Below, in pieces: positions 42,420-54,517 of a DNA stretch of 64,000 nucleotides. The notes beneath the pieces are model-generated. The model saw only the letters and a list, made by a program, of their open reading frames with translations. It ran no database searches and was not told the origin of the DNA. Numbering within the stretch: the first letter of the stretch is position 1; each line of letters begins with the position of its first letter. A program made the translations under genes and the position numbers. Origin of the DNA: Lama glama. Taxonomy: Eukaryota. The stretch lies in contig CM052816.1 in NCBI GenBank assembly GCA_028534125.1, forward strand, positions 88,104,001 to 88,168,000. The letters run 5' to 3'.

Positions 42420-42987
42420 TGAAAAGGTAGGAAACCAATTATCAAAATGGCTTCCCTGATGCTTAAGCTGTTTGCTGATTCATTCTGACTTAAAATTCTT
42501 GCAACTTGTTTTTCTCTTCTCTCTGACCAACCCCCATCTCTGCGTCATTTACTAACTGCTTTTGTGTTATACAGCCCCCAACCTTTCCATTATGCACTCC
42601 TCTCCCTGTACATTCTTCACCCAGAATAGCTTATCCTTTAACCCAGAAGCTGTATTTCAGAAAGCTGGTCATGGGCTGAGAGCCTCAGAAGAATAAATAG
42701 ACCCTCTGGAGTTTCTCCGTAACACCAGGTGGATTCATCAAGATTAAAAAGAACGCAGCATGGATTGGAAACCACTCTGATTGTTGTTGCCTTTCTGTTC
42801 CATCCAGTTTTTCTATAAACCTCAGCACACCAAATTCAAGATGGATTCACAGTCTCTAAGGCACTAGCCTGCTGTAACTCCCTTTGCCTGGCAAAGCACT
42901 AAAGCTGCCCTTTTCTGACACTCCCAAAACTCTGCCTCCAAGTCTCAATTCGGCTATCGCAGTTCAGAGGCTGGTGTTTCAGCAACA
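42420..42987 (+). mobile_element. Solo ERV1-class LTR, sense to CDH12
   Basis: TG...CA termini with flanks AGAC/AGAT (4-bp TSD, one mismatch). TATAAA at 42814-42819. The R/U5-like stretch CCTTTGCCTGGCAAAGCA.TAAAGCT...TTTCAGCAACA is typical of recalled laurasiatherian ERV1 LTRs. Confidence 0.75.
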
Positions 42988-45334
42988 AGATGGCTGAAAA
43001 CATGGGGAGCCTCAAAGAGAAGTCAGAGTCAAAAAAACATTTCTGAGAGACATAAACATAGACGTGATAAATGGATCCTGAGGCATGGATGAAATTAATC
43101 AGATTAAAGAAGACGTAACTCTTTAATTTTTAATATAAGAAAATCCAGGAAGGGGAATAAACAAAGGTACAAGGAGAGTTTTAAACCTACCACCTCAAAA
43201 CTTTGGTACAGAGATTTCTGGCAATGGTGTACATTTTTAATCATAGATGTAAAGGCATCCTAAATTCTTACTCATTTCATGTGGTTTAAATTTCTCTATT
43301 TCATATTTGCCTTTTTATTGGTCTTAGCAATATCGGCAAATTTTATATATCGGCATAGAAATTGCACTTCTAAAGTATTTATGAAAGTTAAACAGAATAT
43401 AAACAATACTAAAAACCATGGGAACAAAATGTTTTGTACATAAGAAATCTATTTTATTAACAAATAGGAGACACAATAATTTAGATCATTTAATGAATAA
43501 TGTCTCATTGATTGTTAGTTTTATTGAAGATTAAATGCAAAAATGGCTATATCAATTTTTTGCACTGTATAAAGGGAATAAAAAAAAACATGAATCTTTT
43601 CCTTCAATCAGCTCTGTGTATAATGGGGAGATTAAGTTAATGGACAATTTTACTACTTGAAGTAAAATAAATGACAGACTTATGCATGCAGTGATATACA
43701 AATATGTAAGAGGGGTATCCAAGCTACTATAGAGTACATCTGAGAGGCTGTTGAAGGAAATAATATAAATATTGATTTTTGAAATCTCTAAGAGTTAGCC
43801 AGTGGAACAGCAAATGTGTGCCAAAATATTTTAGATCATTGCAAAAAAATGTATTATTTAAAGAATTGTTTTAAAAAAAATGGTAGTGCAAAGACAAGAA
43901 AAAATTTCATGAAAAAATACCTTGAAGCTGTCCTTGAAAGTGTGAGGAATAGAATTTATGCAAAAGGAAATGAGGAATAATGGGCAAGTGAAACATTTTA
44001 TGCAAACATTTTGTTGCATAAACCGCAAAATACGAAAGAGATATGGGATATTCAATCAATAAAATATACGAAATTACAGAAAATTTAAACCATTGTGTAC
44101 ATGTATAATACATTAATATAAGATGAATATTCAGAATCAAAATGTGTAGATCAAAGAGTTGGGTGTTATCAAAAAAATTAGTTTTGATTAAAAGAAACTA
44201 AAATATTACATTGGAAGAGACTATCACCAAATTTCACTTTTCTAGACTAGTCTCATGATGATTCAAAAAAATCTGTAAGAAATCAAGCCTTTGGTTAAAT
44301 AAATATTCCCAGGCAGATTTGAATTTCAGACATTTTCAAGGTGTTAAATATATTTATGATTTTTAATAAAACCTCTGGCATGGCCTATTTTTGTGAAATT
44401 GGGCAACATCAATGAGAATTATCCAACTACTGTATTTTGTTAGGTGGATCAGAAATTACACAAACAAGGGCAAAAGAAAGGTTTACATATTTAATGGGGT
44501 TTTAAGGGAATATTAAATGTACTCCATAAAATGAATGTGCAATGGAAAGTTACTGATGCACTTGAAATGCTGTGCCCTCTTGCCAAGATTTCCATCATGT
44601 TTACTATTAGGTAATGGGAATAGTGGTTATATAAATTATACATATTAAAAATACATATTTTTGAGAACTAGGAACACTTTTTATTCTGGCAACCATCAAG
44701 TAATATAAATGGGTTTTGTTTCATGGTTCATTTGGTTGAAATTTCTAATGCAACTTCTTGAAAAAATAATGTTATAAAGAGTAATTAGTTTTGCATAGAA
44801 ATATAGATACACGTTTATTGAATCTACAAACTAGTAAAACTTTGTATTAAACTTAAAAAAAATTGTACTTGAAAGCTGGGAGCTATGTAATAAGAAAGGG
44901 AGAATTGGAAGGACAGAAAGAGATGTAATAAATTTTCCTTCCTTTTTTGGGTGCAGAAGCAGAAGCCATTCTATCTTTAGAGCCACATCCCTTTCCTGGT
45001 ACCCTCTTGTATCTCTTAATGCTCTTTTCTCTATATCTTCATTGATTTTCGCTCTATAAGCACTGAAAGAGAAACTTAGCTCAAGACTATCCAGCTCACC
45101 GATTCCACCCTTAATTGGAATTTGCATTCATCAGTGTAGCTGAAATTAAGAAGAAATTGAATTATTTGCATTTTGAAAGGGCTTATTTGATAACTCATTA
45201 CTGTTCCCATCTGACTGAGGCTAAGGCAGTAAAAACCAAGTGAAATAGGCAAACCAAATGAGAGACTGTAGTGAAGATCAGAGATGCCACTTGATTGGCT
45301 CATCTCATTGCCTGTAAGTGACTACGTGTATGCA

Positions 45335-45715
45335 CTCCAGTTTTCTCACCTGTAGACCAGTAGAGTGATACGCTGGAGCTGGCTCTACCTCATAGCTCTT
45401 TGTGCACATCTCCTCCCAACTCTTTGTTCAGTGATGTCATGTTGGCTTGACATCAACCATAGTGGGAGTACTTACACCACAGAAACTGACAAACATTAAA
45501 AAGTCAGGGCTTGTATAAGTTTTCCCTACTCTAATCTGGTTGTTAAACATTTACTAGGACATCACTGACTGGGAATTATAATAATAGTATCTATCTCATA
45601 GTCTTAATGTGATTTTAAATTACTTAATAATGGATAAATGCTAAGAAAAGTACCTGAAAAATAGGAAGCACTATATAAATGATTGCTATTAACATTAATT
45701 ATTATTATTATTATC
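45335..45715 (+). mobile_element. MIR split by the MER63-like element
   Basis: cagttttctcacctgta lies before the insertion. tgggaattatataatagtatctatctcatag...gcactatataaatgattgctatt(att)n lies after it. Confidence 0.65.
45363..45567. mobile_element. hAT MITE (MER63A-like) nested in a MIR
   Basis: Degenerate TIRs gagtgatacgctgg / ctaggacatcactg, plus internal gtgggagtacttacaccac, match recalled MER63. Confidence 0.8.
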
Positions 45716-45869
45716 ATTTTAACTGTCTATTCTATTTAAAAAGTAATATATATTTTAAAAGTTCTTTCTTTCCTTCATACTGATGCTCATAGATTTTCTG
45801 AAAGTTCATACATTTCCCTCCAACAGTCTTCTCCATGATAAAAGGACTGGAATTTCTACCTGAGAGCAA

Positions 45870-47100
45870 TCCACAGGACTCCTTCTATCCTTGCAATGCA
45901 ATACAAAAAAGAGATTGCAGTTAGGGCAAGGGGAGGGAGAGTAGGCATAGGAAAGCCAGTTAGACAAAGGGCAGTGATAGAAACAAAAAGTGTGAGTCAT
46001 TTAATCTGGAATAGTGGTGCTAGGGGTTAAAAATGGCAATATGTGGATAGATTTGGGTGATTTTAGGAAGTAAAAATATCAGCAATGTTCATGAATTTGT
46101 TATGGACAAGAGGATCCTAGTCTGTGGAATTGGGGAGATGGTAATACTGCTTGCTGAGACAGTGACTTTTATGAGAGGTCTTCTGGGGGCTTGGCAAGTC
46201 TATGAATATGTCAAGGCTGAGATGCTTTGAAGATTGAAGTGAAATTTTGGAATCAGATAGTGATTTGCCACATATGGAACTCAAAATGTATGTCTAGGCT
46301 GGATTAAAAACTAAAGAATGTTTAGCACAAAGATAGTAAGCAAAGGAAAAGGGACAAATGAAATTAGCCAGGAAAAGGAAAGCCTGGGTAAAAGACACGC
46401 GAGACCATGGTTCTTGGCCATCATCACAGAGCAGAACGGGAGGGAGTTTAATCAGTCCTGCTCTTCAGAACGAAGCGCAGAACAATTCGATCAGAATATC
46501 TTGAGCAGCCTATTTATTTATATATTTTTTTAACTTTGCAAACCATGCCAATTTGCAGCCAAATTTGAAAATCACTTATCTGGGTTCTCTTTGAGGTGCA
46601 CCAGCAAAGGAAGCTAAGCAGGAGTAAGATGTGAGGCGGGGGGGAAAGCAGAAGTGTAGAGTGCCACAGATGTGACAGAGGACTGTGCTTCAGGAGAGAT
46701 GGCATAACCAAGAATGTGGAATGCTGCTGAGAAATTATTGTTGGAGTTAGGGACATGGATGTCATGGAAATCTCAGGGGAAACTCTTCCTCATAAATGGG
46801 TGGGTTCAGAAATCAAGTTAAAATTGCTTGCGAAGTGATAGTTAGGAATGGGTAATAGAAACTATCTTTGAGAAGTTCTTTTGGAAAGAAAAATGAAATT
46901 AGGTGGGTAGCTGCAATCAAATTCGAGAACAAGGGAAACTTTTGTAATGTAATCAAATTTGAGCCGTTTGTGCCTTCTCGGGAATGTCTCAGTTGCAGAG
47001 AAGATAGACTCTGCACTCTGTTTACAAATTGCTGGAGTTTAATAAAAGAAAACAGAGAAGAGAGGCATCCCTATTGCAGATGAAGAGGAGAGGGAACAAG
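45870..47100 (-). mobile_element. L2 relic, interrupted at about 46384-46642
   Basis: Purine-rich antisense L2-like text (gatggtaatactg..ctgaga, ggaactcaa..gtctaggctgga); boundaries are approximate. Confidence 0.45.
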
Positions 47101-49072
47101 GTTCACAGACACAACAAAATGTTAATATTGATGTTTCCACTGGAAGCGAAGATGAAATGGATACAGCATAGTCAAGGATAAAATTCAGAATTTACAATTG
47201 AAATGACAGGATGCACTTAAGACCCTTGAAGCCCTCAATCACAACTAAGCTCTTTATATCCTTTTAAAACACTTTGTGTAGAGTGGGGAGGGAAGGAACT
47301 TCTGTGTGGAAGATTTCTTTGGAAAAAGCCATGCTGAGTCATTATCTAATAAAAGTAACGGGTGAGGGTGACTTTCCCTCTCTTCTCAGGTCTTATGAGG
47401 GGAGTCTTCCCTTCAACAAGGACCAATTGTAAAGTCCAATATATTTTCCCAGAAATGGGAGAAATTCGAGGACTGATGCCTGTCTCAATGTTAAGAATGT
47501 TAAACCGTCCTGGAAAAGCAAAGACTCTCAGAAGCAGGGCTTTGTTCAAAAAAGTAATTATGACAACAAAAGGAGGAGTTTGAAATGTGCAAGCAAAAGG
47601 GAGAACCAGCCCAGAGTCATCTTAAATCCTGCCGGAGAGATTTTTTTCTCAAAGGTAGAATCTGAGCGTGGAATGGGTCATTTGGAGATCAGAAGGCTGA
47701 GGGGAATGTTGCATCAAAGCGGAGGAAATGCCTTTGCCATGGGATCTGTAGTTAGGAGAAGCTTCCAGAAACCTCCCCAAAGAGCCACTGGAGACAGTCC
47801 ATCCCAGAGAGGGGAAAGCGTTCCATACAAGTAAGAAGAGCCCTCTCCCCTAGCTTTGCCGCCTCCTGTATGGAGGTGAAAATGCCCTGGGCAGGTGAGT
47901 GATGAGAAGAGGGTAAACCCGTCAAGCCATCCATGACCAAACTGCAGCCCCATATGCACCCGTCCAGTTTGGCTTATAGTTGGAGTGGCAGACAGGAGAG
48001 TCTTAATTTTGCATAAGGATCGAAACACTAATACAATACACTGGAAATTTCTGAGTTCCAAATCTAGAGTTTGGTAATTAAAGTCGACAGAGGACTATCT
48101 ATTATTTAAAGGTGAGCAGATAAGGCAAAGCTTACTTTCAGTGAAGAGAGTCTAAAGGAACAATGGGACACAAAGGAAAAAAAAACAGGTTTTCATTACA
48201 TCTTGCATGTTGTGCTTTTTTAGACTAAAGGTGACACAAAGTGGGACTGTCTGAAGGTTCAGGAAGCTGAGCTCTCTCCTATGTGGTATGATTTTATTTT
48301 TCTGTGAAATATGAGGGAAGGTCACCCACTGAGAAAGGAAATGGTAAACGGTAAAGCACAGGTTTGTGGAGAGTAGACCAGTTTAAAATGAAAGTCACAG
48401 AGATTGGTCATAAGTTTCTTTGGCTAATTTGTAGGCTTTGCAATCAATTTTGAAAGTGCATTTGAGGCGAGTGATCAAAATGTATAGTGATATCTAGCTG
48501 CCTCTCTGTAGTTTTCTCAGCCAACCACACCTCCTTTTTGAGATGGAGGATAATTACCATTATCAGGGGTTGAGTTTTGCCAGATTGTGGCACCAGAAGG
48601 ACACGGGCAAGATGACATAGATAAGAGGTTTGAATGATACTGAAATGATAAACCATTTGTTTCAGCTGGATGAGGAAAGAAGACGGGGGGATGATAATGG
48701 ATTGCTGGATGTACAAAGATCAAATACACTGATATTCATTAATACTGAAAGATTGTAGACTTGATAATAACATTGATATTTACTTCATATATAAATACGT
48801 ATTTACATACATCAATATCTGATATTAAAGTAGGGTAAGTCATAGTGGGAGTAATTGAACAAACACTATGGAAAGGCTTTTGATTACAATCATATCAACT
48901 TTGTCACATGGTTACTTTTGTTCAGAATGTCTTCTAGCTGACCTCACAGGGTCAACATCACCTAGTTGACTCAAAAGTGAATAGAATTGTGCAACTCTCC
49001 TTTAGAACACTGATATTACTTTGTGATTTTACTTTGTGTGACTGTTTAATTAATGTCTACCTCCCTAATTTA

Positions 49073-49215
49073 TGTTACTGGACCCAATTCCAGTGTGGAG
49101 GGGGTGAGGGAGGAGGCATTTCCCCACACCGTCAAGCACTTCTCAGAACACCAACGAGGTGTCCTACAATTCAACTCAACTCTGCCACCATCCACCTGGA
49201 GACGACAGCAGGTTG
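49073..49215. mobile_element. MER21-like LTR terminal fragment
   Basis: Starts with TGTTAC and contains ggtgtcctacaattcaactcaactctg..accatccacctggag, recalled as MER21-family text; it is abruptly truncated. Confidence 0.65.
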
Positions 49216-49417
49216 CACGGATCTGTGCTATTTCCTTCCTTCTGCTGCCTTTAAGCTTTGCTTGTTCTTCTCCTCCTAGTTCCTTTAGATGTAAAGTTAG
49301 ATTGTTTATTTGAGATTTTTTTCTTATTTCTTGAGGTACGCCCATATCATCATAATCTTCCCACTTAGAACCACTTTTTCTGTGTACATAGCTTTCTGAA
49401 TGTTGTGTTTCCATTTC
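49216..49417 (-). mobile_element. LINE-1 ORF2 fragment (EN-RT linker region)
   Basis: The minus-strand peptide KSQINNLTLHLKELGGEEQAKLKGSRRKEIAQIRA matches the recalled L1 ORF2 motif SQINNLTLHLKELEKEEQ..PK.SRRKEI.KIRA. Confidence 0.85.
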
Positions 49418-49660
49418 AACCTCTGTGGTTTTGACTTCCCTCCCGTTTGTCAGTCACCAACCTTGGGGTGTGGATCTTGACTCCTCCCTTCCTACCCATT
49501 TCGCTGTGTGTCCTTCTTTATGTCTTTTGTTGTGGAGCATCTCTTCTGTAAGACCTTAGGTTGTTCTTAAAAATAGTTGCTCTGTAAGTGTTGTAATTTT
49601 TGTGTGTGCATGAGAGGAGGTGATCTCAAGTTCTTCCTACTTTGCTATCTTGAACCCTCT
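49418..49660 (-). mobile_element. LINE-1 extreme 5' UTR fragment
   Basis: The minus strand begins GGGTTCAAGATAGCAAAGTAGGAAGAACTTGAGATCACCTCCTCTC. This resembles the decayed CAAGATGGC (YY1-site) start of older laurasiatherian L1 5' ends. Confidence 0.7.
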
Positions 49661-52600
49661 CTCTACTTTCTAAAGTTGAAATATAAATGTGATATTTCAA
49701 ATATGCATCAAATTAGGTGTCTCAAATATATGTTTTCAAGTTCTTAAAAATGTTTATCATTCCTATCAATTTGAAATAGTTTCTACTGAAGCTTCTAATA
49801 TTTCTAGTACTCCAGCATTTTTAAATACTAATTACCTCCAAATTAGTTACTTGCTCTGTACAGATAAGTTGTATGTGCAGTTGGACACTTCTTATAAATT
49901 GCTTTTGAGTAACTTTAGATTAGTTATTACTATAAGCATAAAATAAAATGCATTTCAAAAGAGAATTCCATCTTTTTATTTTGCTATTCTTATTGCTGGA
50001 TGTTGTTGCAGTATTATGTAATTCATTCATTCATTTAACATATTTATGTGGGTCCTATAATCTATATTTCTGATTAAACTGTAACATTCTAATTTGTATT
50101 TTGTTAAGTAAATGTATCTCTTTTGTGTTTTCATCAATACTTGGAAATTTCTTCAAAGAAAAAGGGAGGAAAGTATGTATCCTTTGTCCTTAGGTATTGA
50201 TAAATGTGCACGCACACATTGTGTAAGTTCTAATAACCAAAGTATAATTTTTACAATAGCATTAGTTACTGAAAGGATGACCACTTAGCCCATAACTGAG
50301 TAACAGATACTTTTACCTTTGGAATTAACAGGGGACATTGTCTGCAAGCAATTACAGACTTTGATCACTATAATTCTACCTTAGTTCACTACACACAGTT
50401 TTCTCCTTTTTCGTGGGAACATGATTATTTTTAAGCATAGCATGCATATTTGATAAATATGTAAGTATGTATTCTTAGTGACTCTGTGAACCATTTTTTG
50501 TCACCTGTTGTATAACTTAATCTGTGTGGTACAGGTAGTACCATTAAGATGTTTCGCATGTGTCAGAAGTAGGACACCCAGAAGATGCTGGCAGCGTAAC
50601 TACATAGTACATCATAAGCCATCCAGCTTTGGCACAGCTGAAGATCACTTCAGTTCTGAATTAATCTGAATGACTCCAGCTTTATTGCTGTTTGGTTTCT
50701 AGAAATGATAAAATGTCAAGCCATTGGAAATAAAACGACAGAAACTAAACTATCCAATATGACTAATGCATAGTTTCTCTCACTTGTTCCACATTCTGTA
50801 GACTTTATTACAATGTTTTATTGAGACATGCTTGTCTTCATGAATGTGAGTGCCTTCCACCTTACTAAAATGTACATCTGTTATGTAAAGAACAGAAAAT
50901 TCGGCGCTCTGTATATGTTTGTTTTATGTACACTAACCTTCAGTGTCCAAAAAAGATGTAAGTGATGAATCACCGTTTTACTTCTATTACATCTTAATTT
51001 TGGTAGGGCCTGTAAGTGGAATGCAGGTGAGCCCATCTTTTTTGAACAAGGCTAGTATTTCAGTTTGTCGCAAGTCTTCCAACGCCATTAGATAATTACG
51101 AACTTTGTAGGCATGCTATATAGGATCACAACTTTTCAAAAAGCTGTTATTTAACTTATATTGATAGAGTGCTACAAAGTATAGCTGCTTCACATGTATT
51201 GTTATTAGCCTCATAAATGTTCTTTTAGAAAACATAAAATTCATATATCAGCATATTGCCTTGAAAAGAGGGACACTTTCATCTATACTCTCTATTATCT
51301 GATGTCCTTTAGGTAACCTTTCACAGTTTAAAATGTTTTTCTCACATTGAAGCATCTCAATTCTGGCTGAAGTCTTCCCCTTCACTAACCAGAATCCCTC
51401 AGTGATGATGCCAGACTGGGTTAGTTCCTTTGATCTCTGATTTTATTATTTTTGCTTTTAAGTGTTCAAATGAAAAGCAAACGCATAAATCTAATATGTA
51501 ACCTAAAGTTTCTCCCCTTCAATAGATCAGATAGACTACGCAGAAATATTCCAAGCTTTTAAGTTAGATGTTCCTGTTTTCCTAAAAAATCCACTCAACC
51601 CTCCATGTGCCCCAATGATGTATAAGCATCTCCACCATGCACTGTTGGACATGTTTCAACTTTGAGATGCACTACACTTGACAGCTCTTGGTCTCTCTCA
51701 GATCTCTGTCTGGCAGCCATGTCTTTGATAATTTTTAGTCATAAATTTCCCAACTAGATATCTTGTTAGAGGAGATTTATAGACCTCCATTGCTCTATTT
51801 TATCTGGAAAAATTCAAGACCTTTCCTAACACTTGGTGATGTACCACAAGATTAGACCTTGACAGATCACACTCTAGATTCAAGGTTTTTGGTGCTTCTT
51901 CAGCTTCAGTATCACAATCACACAACAAGACACAAAGGATGTAGACACATTTCTGATCAATTATACTTATATTTAATAGGCATGAAGAGAGGGAGAAAAA
52001 AGACAATTAAAAAACACCTCACATGTTCCATGCCTTTTCCTTTTTCTTTGGAATTGGTCCCTGAGAAGTTTAGGACAACTTTACATAAAGGTCGCATGCT
52101 TTCTTGATGCAGTGAACAGGAATTCATCTTTAAGTTTACTAATATCTTCCGGAGCACTTCAACAGGATCAGGTTTAAGTGTGGCTACTGTGGAACACGTA
52201 TTCTCTATAGAAAGTAGCTTGCAAAAGTCACACCACGTTCTACGTAGTCATGGCTATTTGAACTCAGACAAATTCACCTTGGGTTTGTCTTTACCCCTCT
52301 TGTAGGCAGTTGGTATACAATGTAACCTGTGATTGTATTCTTTTTCTTTGCTCTTATGGCCTCAAATTCAAACCCTGCTTTAAGTCCACAAACATTGAGC
52401 AACTCTATATGACAGCCACTCTGTTAGGTGCTTAGGGAATAAAACCTAATGAAACGTAACCATAGCCTATGGAAAGATGCTAGTTTGACAGATGAATAGA
52501 AATTATTTAACCAAAATCAATTCATAATGTCTACATCCCACTCCATTATTGCCACTTGAAGTATTTTTATTTGGTCTATGTTTGTTTGTTTATTTTAACA

Positions 52601-53917
52601 CTTGCATTTTCTCTTTGAGAGAGATTTCTCGTATCTTCTTAGAAGGCAGGTATACTCTTAGTCAATTATTAAATCAACTAATTAAGCAAGTATTTTATAC
52701 CACTCTAAAGTGTGCTGTCTGGAAAAAAATAATTCTAGGTAAATACTTAGCTGGCTTGAGACTACATATATTATGCGTCCCTTTGAGGTAATGTCCGTTG
52801 GATGGATATGAATAAAGCTGATTTTAACATAATAAAAGCAAGTAGTAGGTATCTTTTTCTTAGCAGGAGGTGGTAGAAAGGCAAATAGCAAGATTTAACT
52901 GCTACTGCGGCTAGTGAAATTACAAAATTTTTAATCTGTGAGAGAACTACAAGACTTCTAAAAATAATTGGGGATAAAAAAGAAACTTTGGCAGAACCTT
53001 CATAACATCTGATTGGTTATTTTTCTCATATCTATTAAAGGAAACAATTGTAATATTGTATTGTAGTCTGTTGAATGAGCTTCACCAACCAAAAAAAAAA
53101 AAAATATTAAAACTTCCCTAATTTAATTGCTACAAAGGTAACTAGAAGTTCAAATCAGTTACCCTGGTTGCTTTAATCTTGGGAAAGTACAATCCAAAAT
53201 CTACTAATAGAAATTTAAACTGGAGTCAATATTAATTTAAACTTTGTATTTTTGTGTTTAGTTTTGCTTTTGCTTTTTTTTCCTCCTGTTTTCTTTCCTT
53301 CCTTATCTTGATCTAAACAGAATGCTGTTTAATCTACTGATATTTACATTGATAAGATAATTAGTAAAATAGCCTGTATCTTTTTCTTCACATTATACTT
53401 TACAAAATTTTATAAATTATTTTAAACAATGTAAATATTTTAGTTTTTGTGAGATATCATATTTTTGTGATTCTGATATATTTTGTATAAAGATTTTTAC
53501 AAGTTTTTCTGACAGTATCAAATTTACAGTAATGTCAGTTCTCCACCTGGTGGTAAAAAAAAAAAAAATTTTCTTTTTTTCTTTTTTTAATGCTAAAAAA
53601 TTGGCAGAAAGAACTTTATATCCTGATTTTAAAAATGTGTAAAATTACCTAGAAGGGAACTCAGTCAAAATTAACTAAATACAAGTTGAATATTAATCTA
53701 AAATACACAATACTTAAATCTATTGTAGATTAAAATTTGGATTAACTATCTATATAATCATTTTCCAGGTCATTTTTAGTTCAATGATTTATACTTACTG
53801 AGTAAATAGTTCATCTGCTTTTATATTTATATTATACATACATTTTACATTCATGTATGTTAAGACACAAAACCTTATTTTTCTATAAATATCTACATAA
53901 CTGTCTTCATCATCCAG

Positions 53918-53947
<30 letters not shown>
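53918..53947. repeat. (CTAT)7 microsatellite
   Basis: Read directly from the sequence. Confidence 0.9.
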
Positions 53948-53949
<2 letters not shown>

Positions 53950-54286
53950 TTTATCTATGTCTTGTATCCTGGATTCTTTTGCATTAGTACCAGTTTATTT
54001 CATGGATAGTCCCACCTGCACATTTGATACTAGGTACACTTAGATGGTGTTAATATGTAAAATATTTTTTCACAGGAATTTTAATTTAACACTTTCCACT
54101 GTTTATAATGCCCAGCTGAAATTCTACAACAGGATCTACTGAAGTGAAAAGTGAAAATATTACTCCTAATTGTAACCCTTTACTTGACAGCAAATTGCCT
54201 TTCAATTTTGCACTATTATGGTTTTAAATTTAATTTATTTTCTATAGACTATGTTTTTTTAAGCCTGGTAATCTTACAATAAACCT

Positions 54287-54293
54287 TACTAAC
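54287..54293 (+). promoter_or_regulatory. Candidate splicing branch point TACTAAC (branch A at 54292)
   Basis: Perfect U2-complementary consensus, about 37 nt upstream of the acceptor AG, inside an AG-free zone (54264-54327). Confidence 0.7.
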
Positions 54294-54329
54294 TCCACTG
54301 TTAACAAAAAATTATAAATGTGTCATCAG

Positions 54330-54517
54330 GCATCTTCCATCTGAAAGTTCCTGAGTCTTCTCCTATTGGTTCAGCGATTGGAAGAATAAGAGCGGTGGAT
54401 CCTGATTTTGGACAAAATGCAGAAATTGAATACAATATTGTTCCAGGAGATGGGGGGAATTTTTTTGACATCGTCACGGATGAGGATACACAAGAAGGAG
54501 TCATCAAATTGAAAAAG
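54330..54517 (+). CDS. CDH12: Cadherin-12 internal coding exon (188 nt, phase 1-0), EC3 N-terminal part
   Basis: Acceptor catcAG|GC completes the Ser codon A|GC from the previous exon; donor AAG|GTacat. Encodes (S)[62 protein letters not shown], with PE and A-x-D-x-D motifs. Confidence 0.97.

Larger units (their letters stand above)
34346..54329 (+). other. CDH12: CDH12 intron (GT-AG, 19,984 nt, phase 1)
   Basis: Bounded by the 168-nt exon donor and the 188-nt exon acceptor; the join AAA A|GC ATC is in frame. Confidence 0.93.

Noticed and set aside
47330..48110. GC-richer block with several short ORFs, possibly an old LTR
   Set aside because: I could not identify termini, a TSD or a family, so it is left uncalled.
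49070..49414. 114-aa ORF as a gene
   Set aside because: It is a chance fusion of an L1 ORF2 remnant with LTR sequence.
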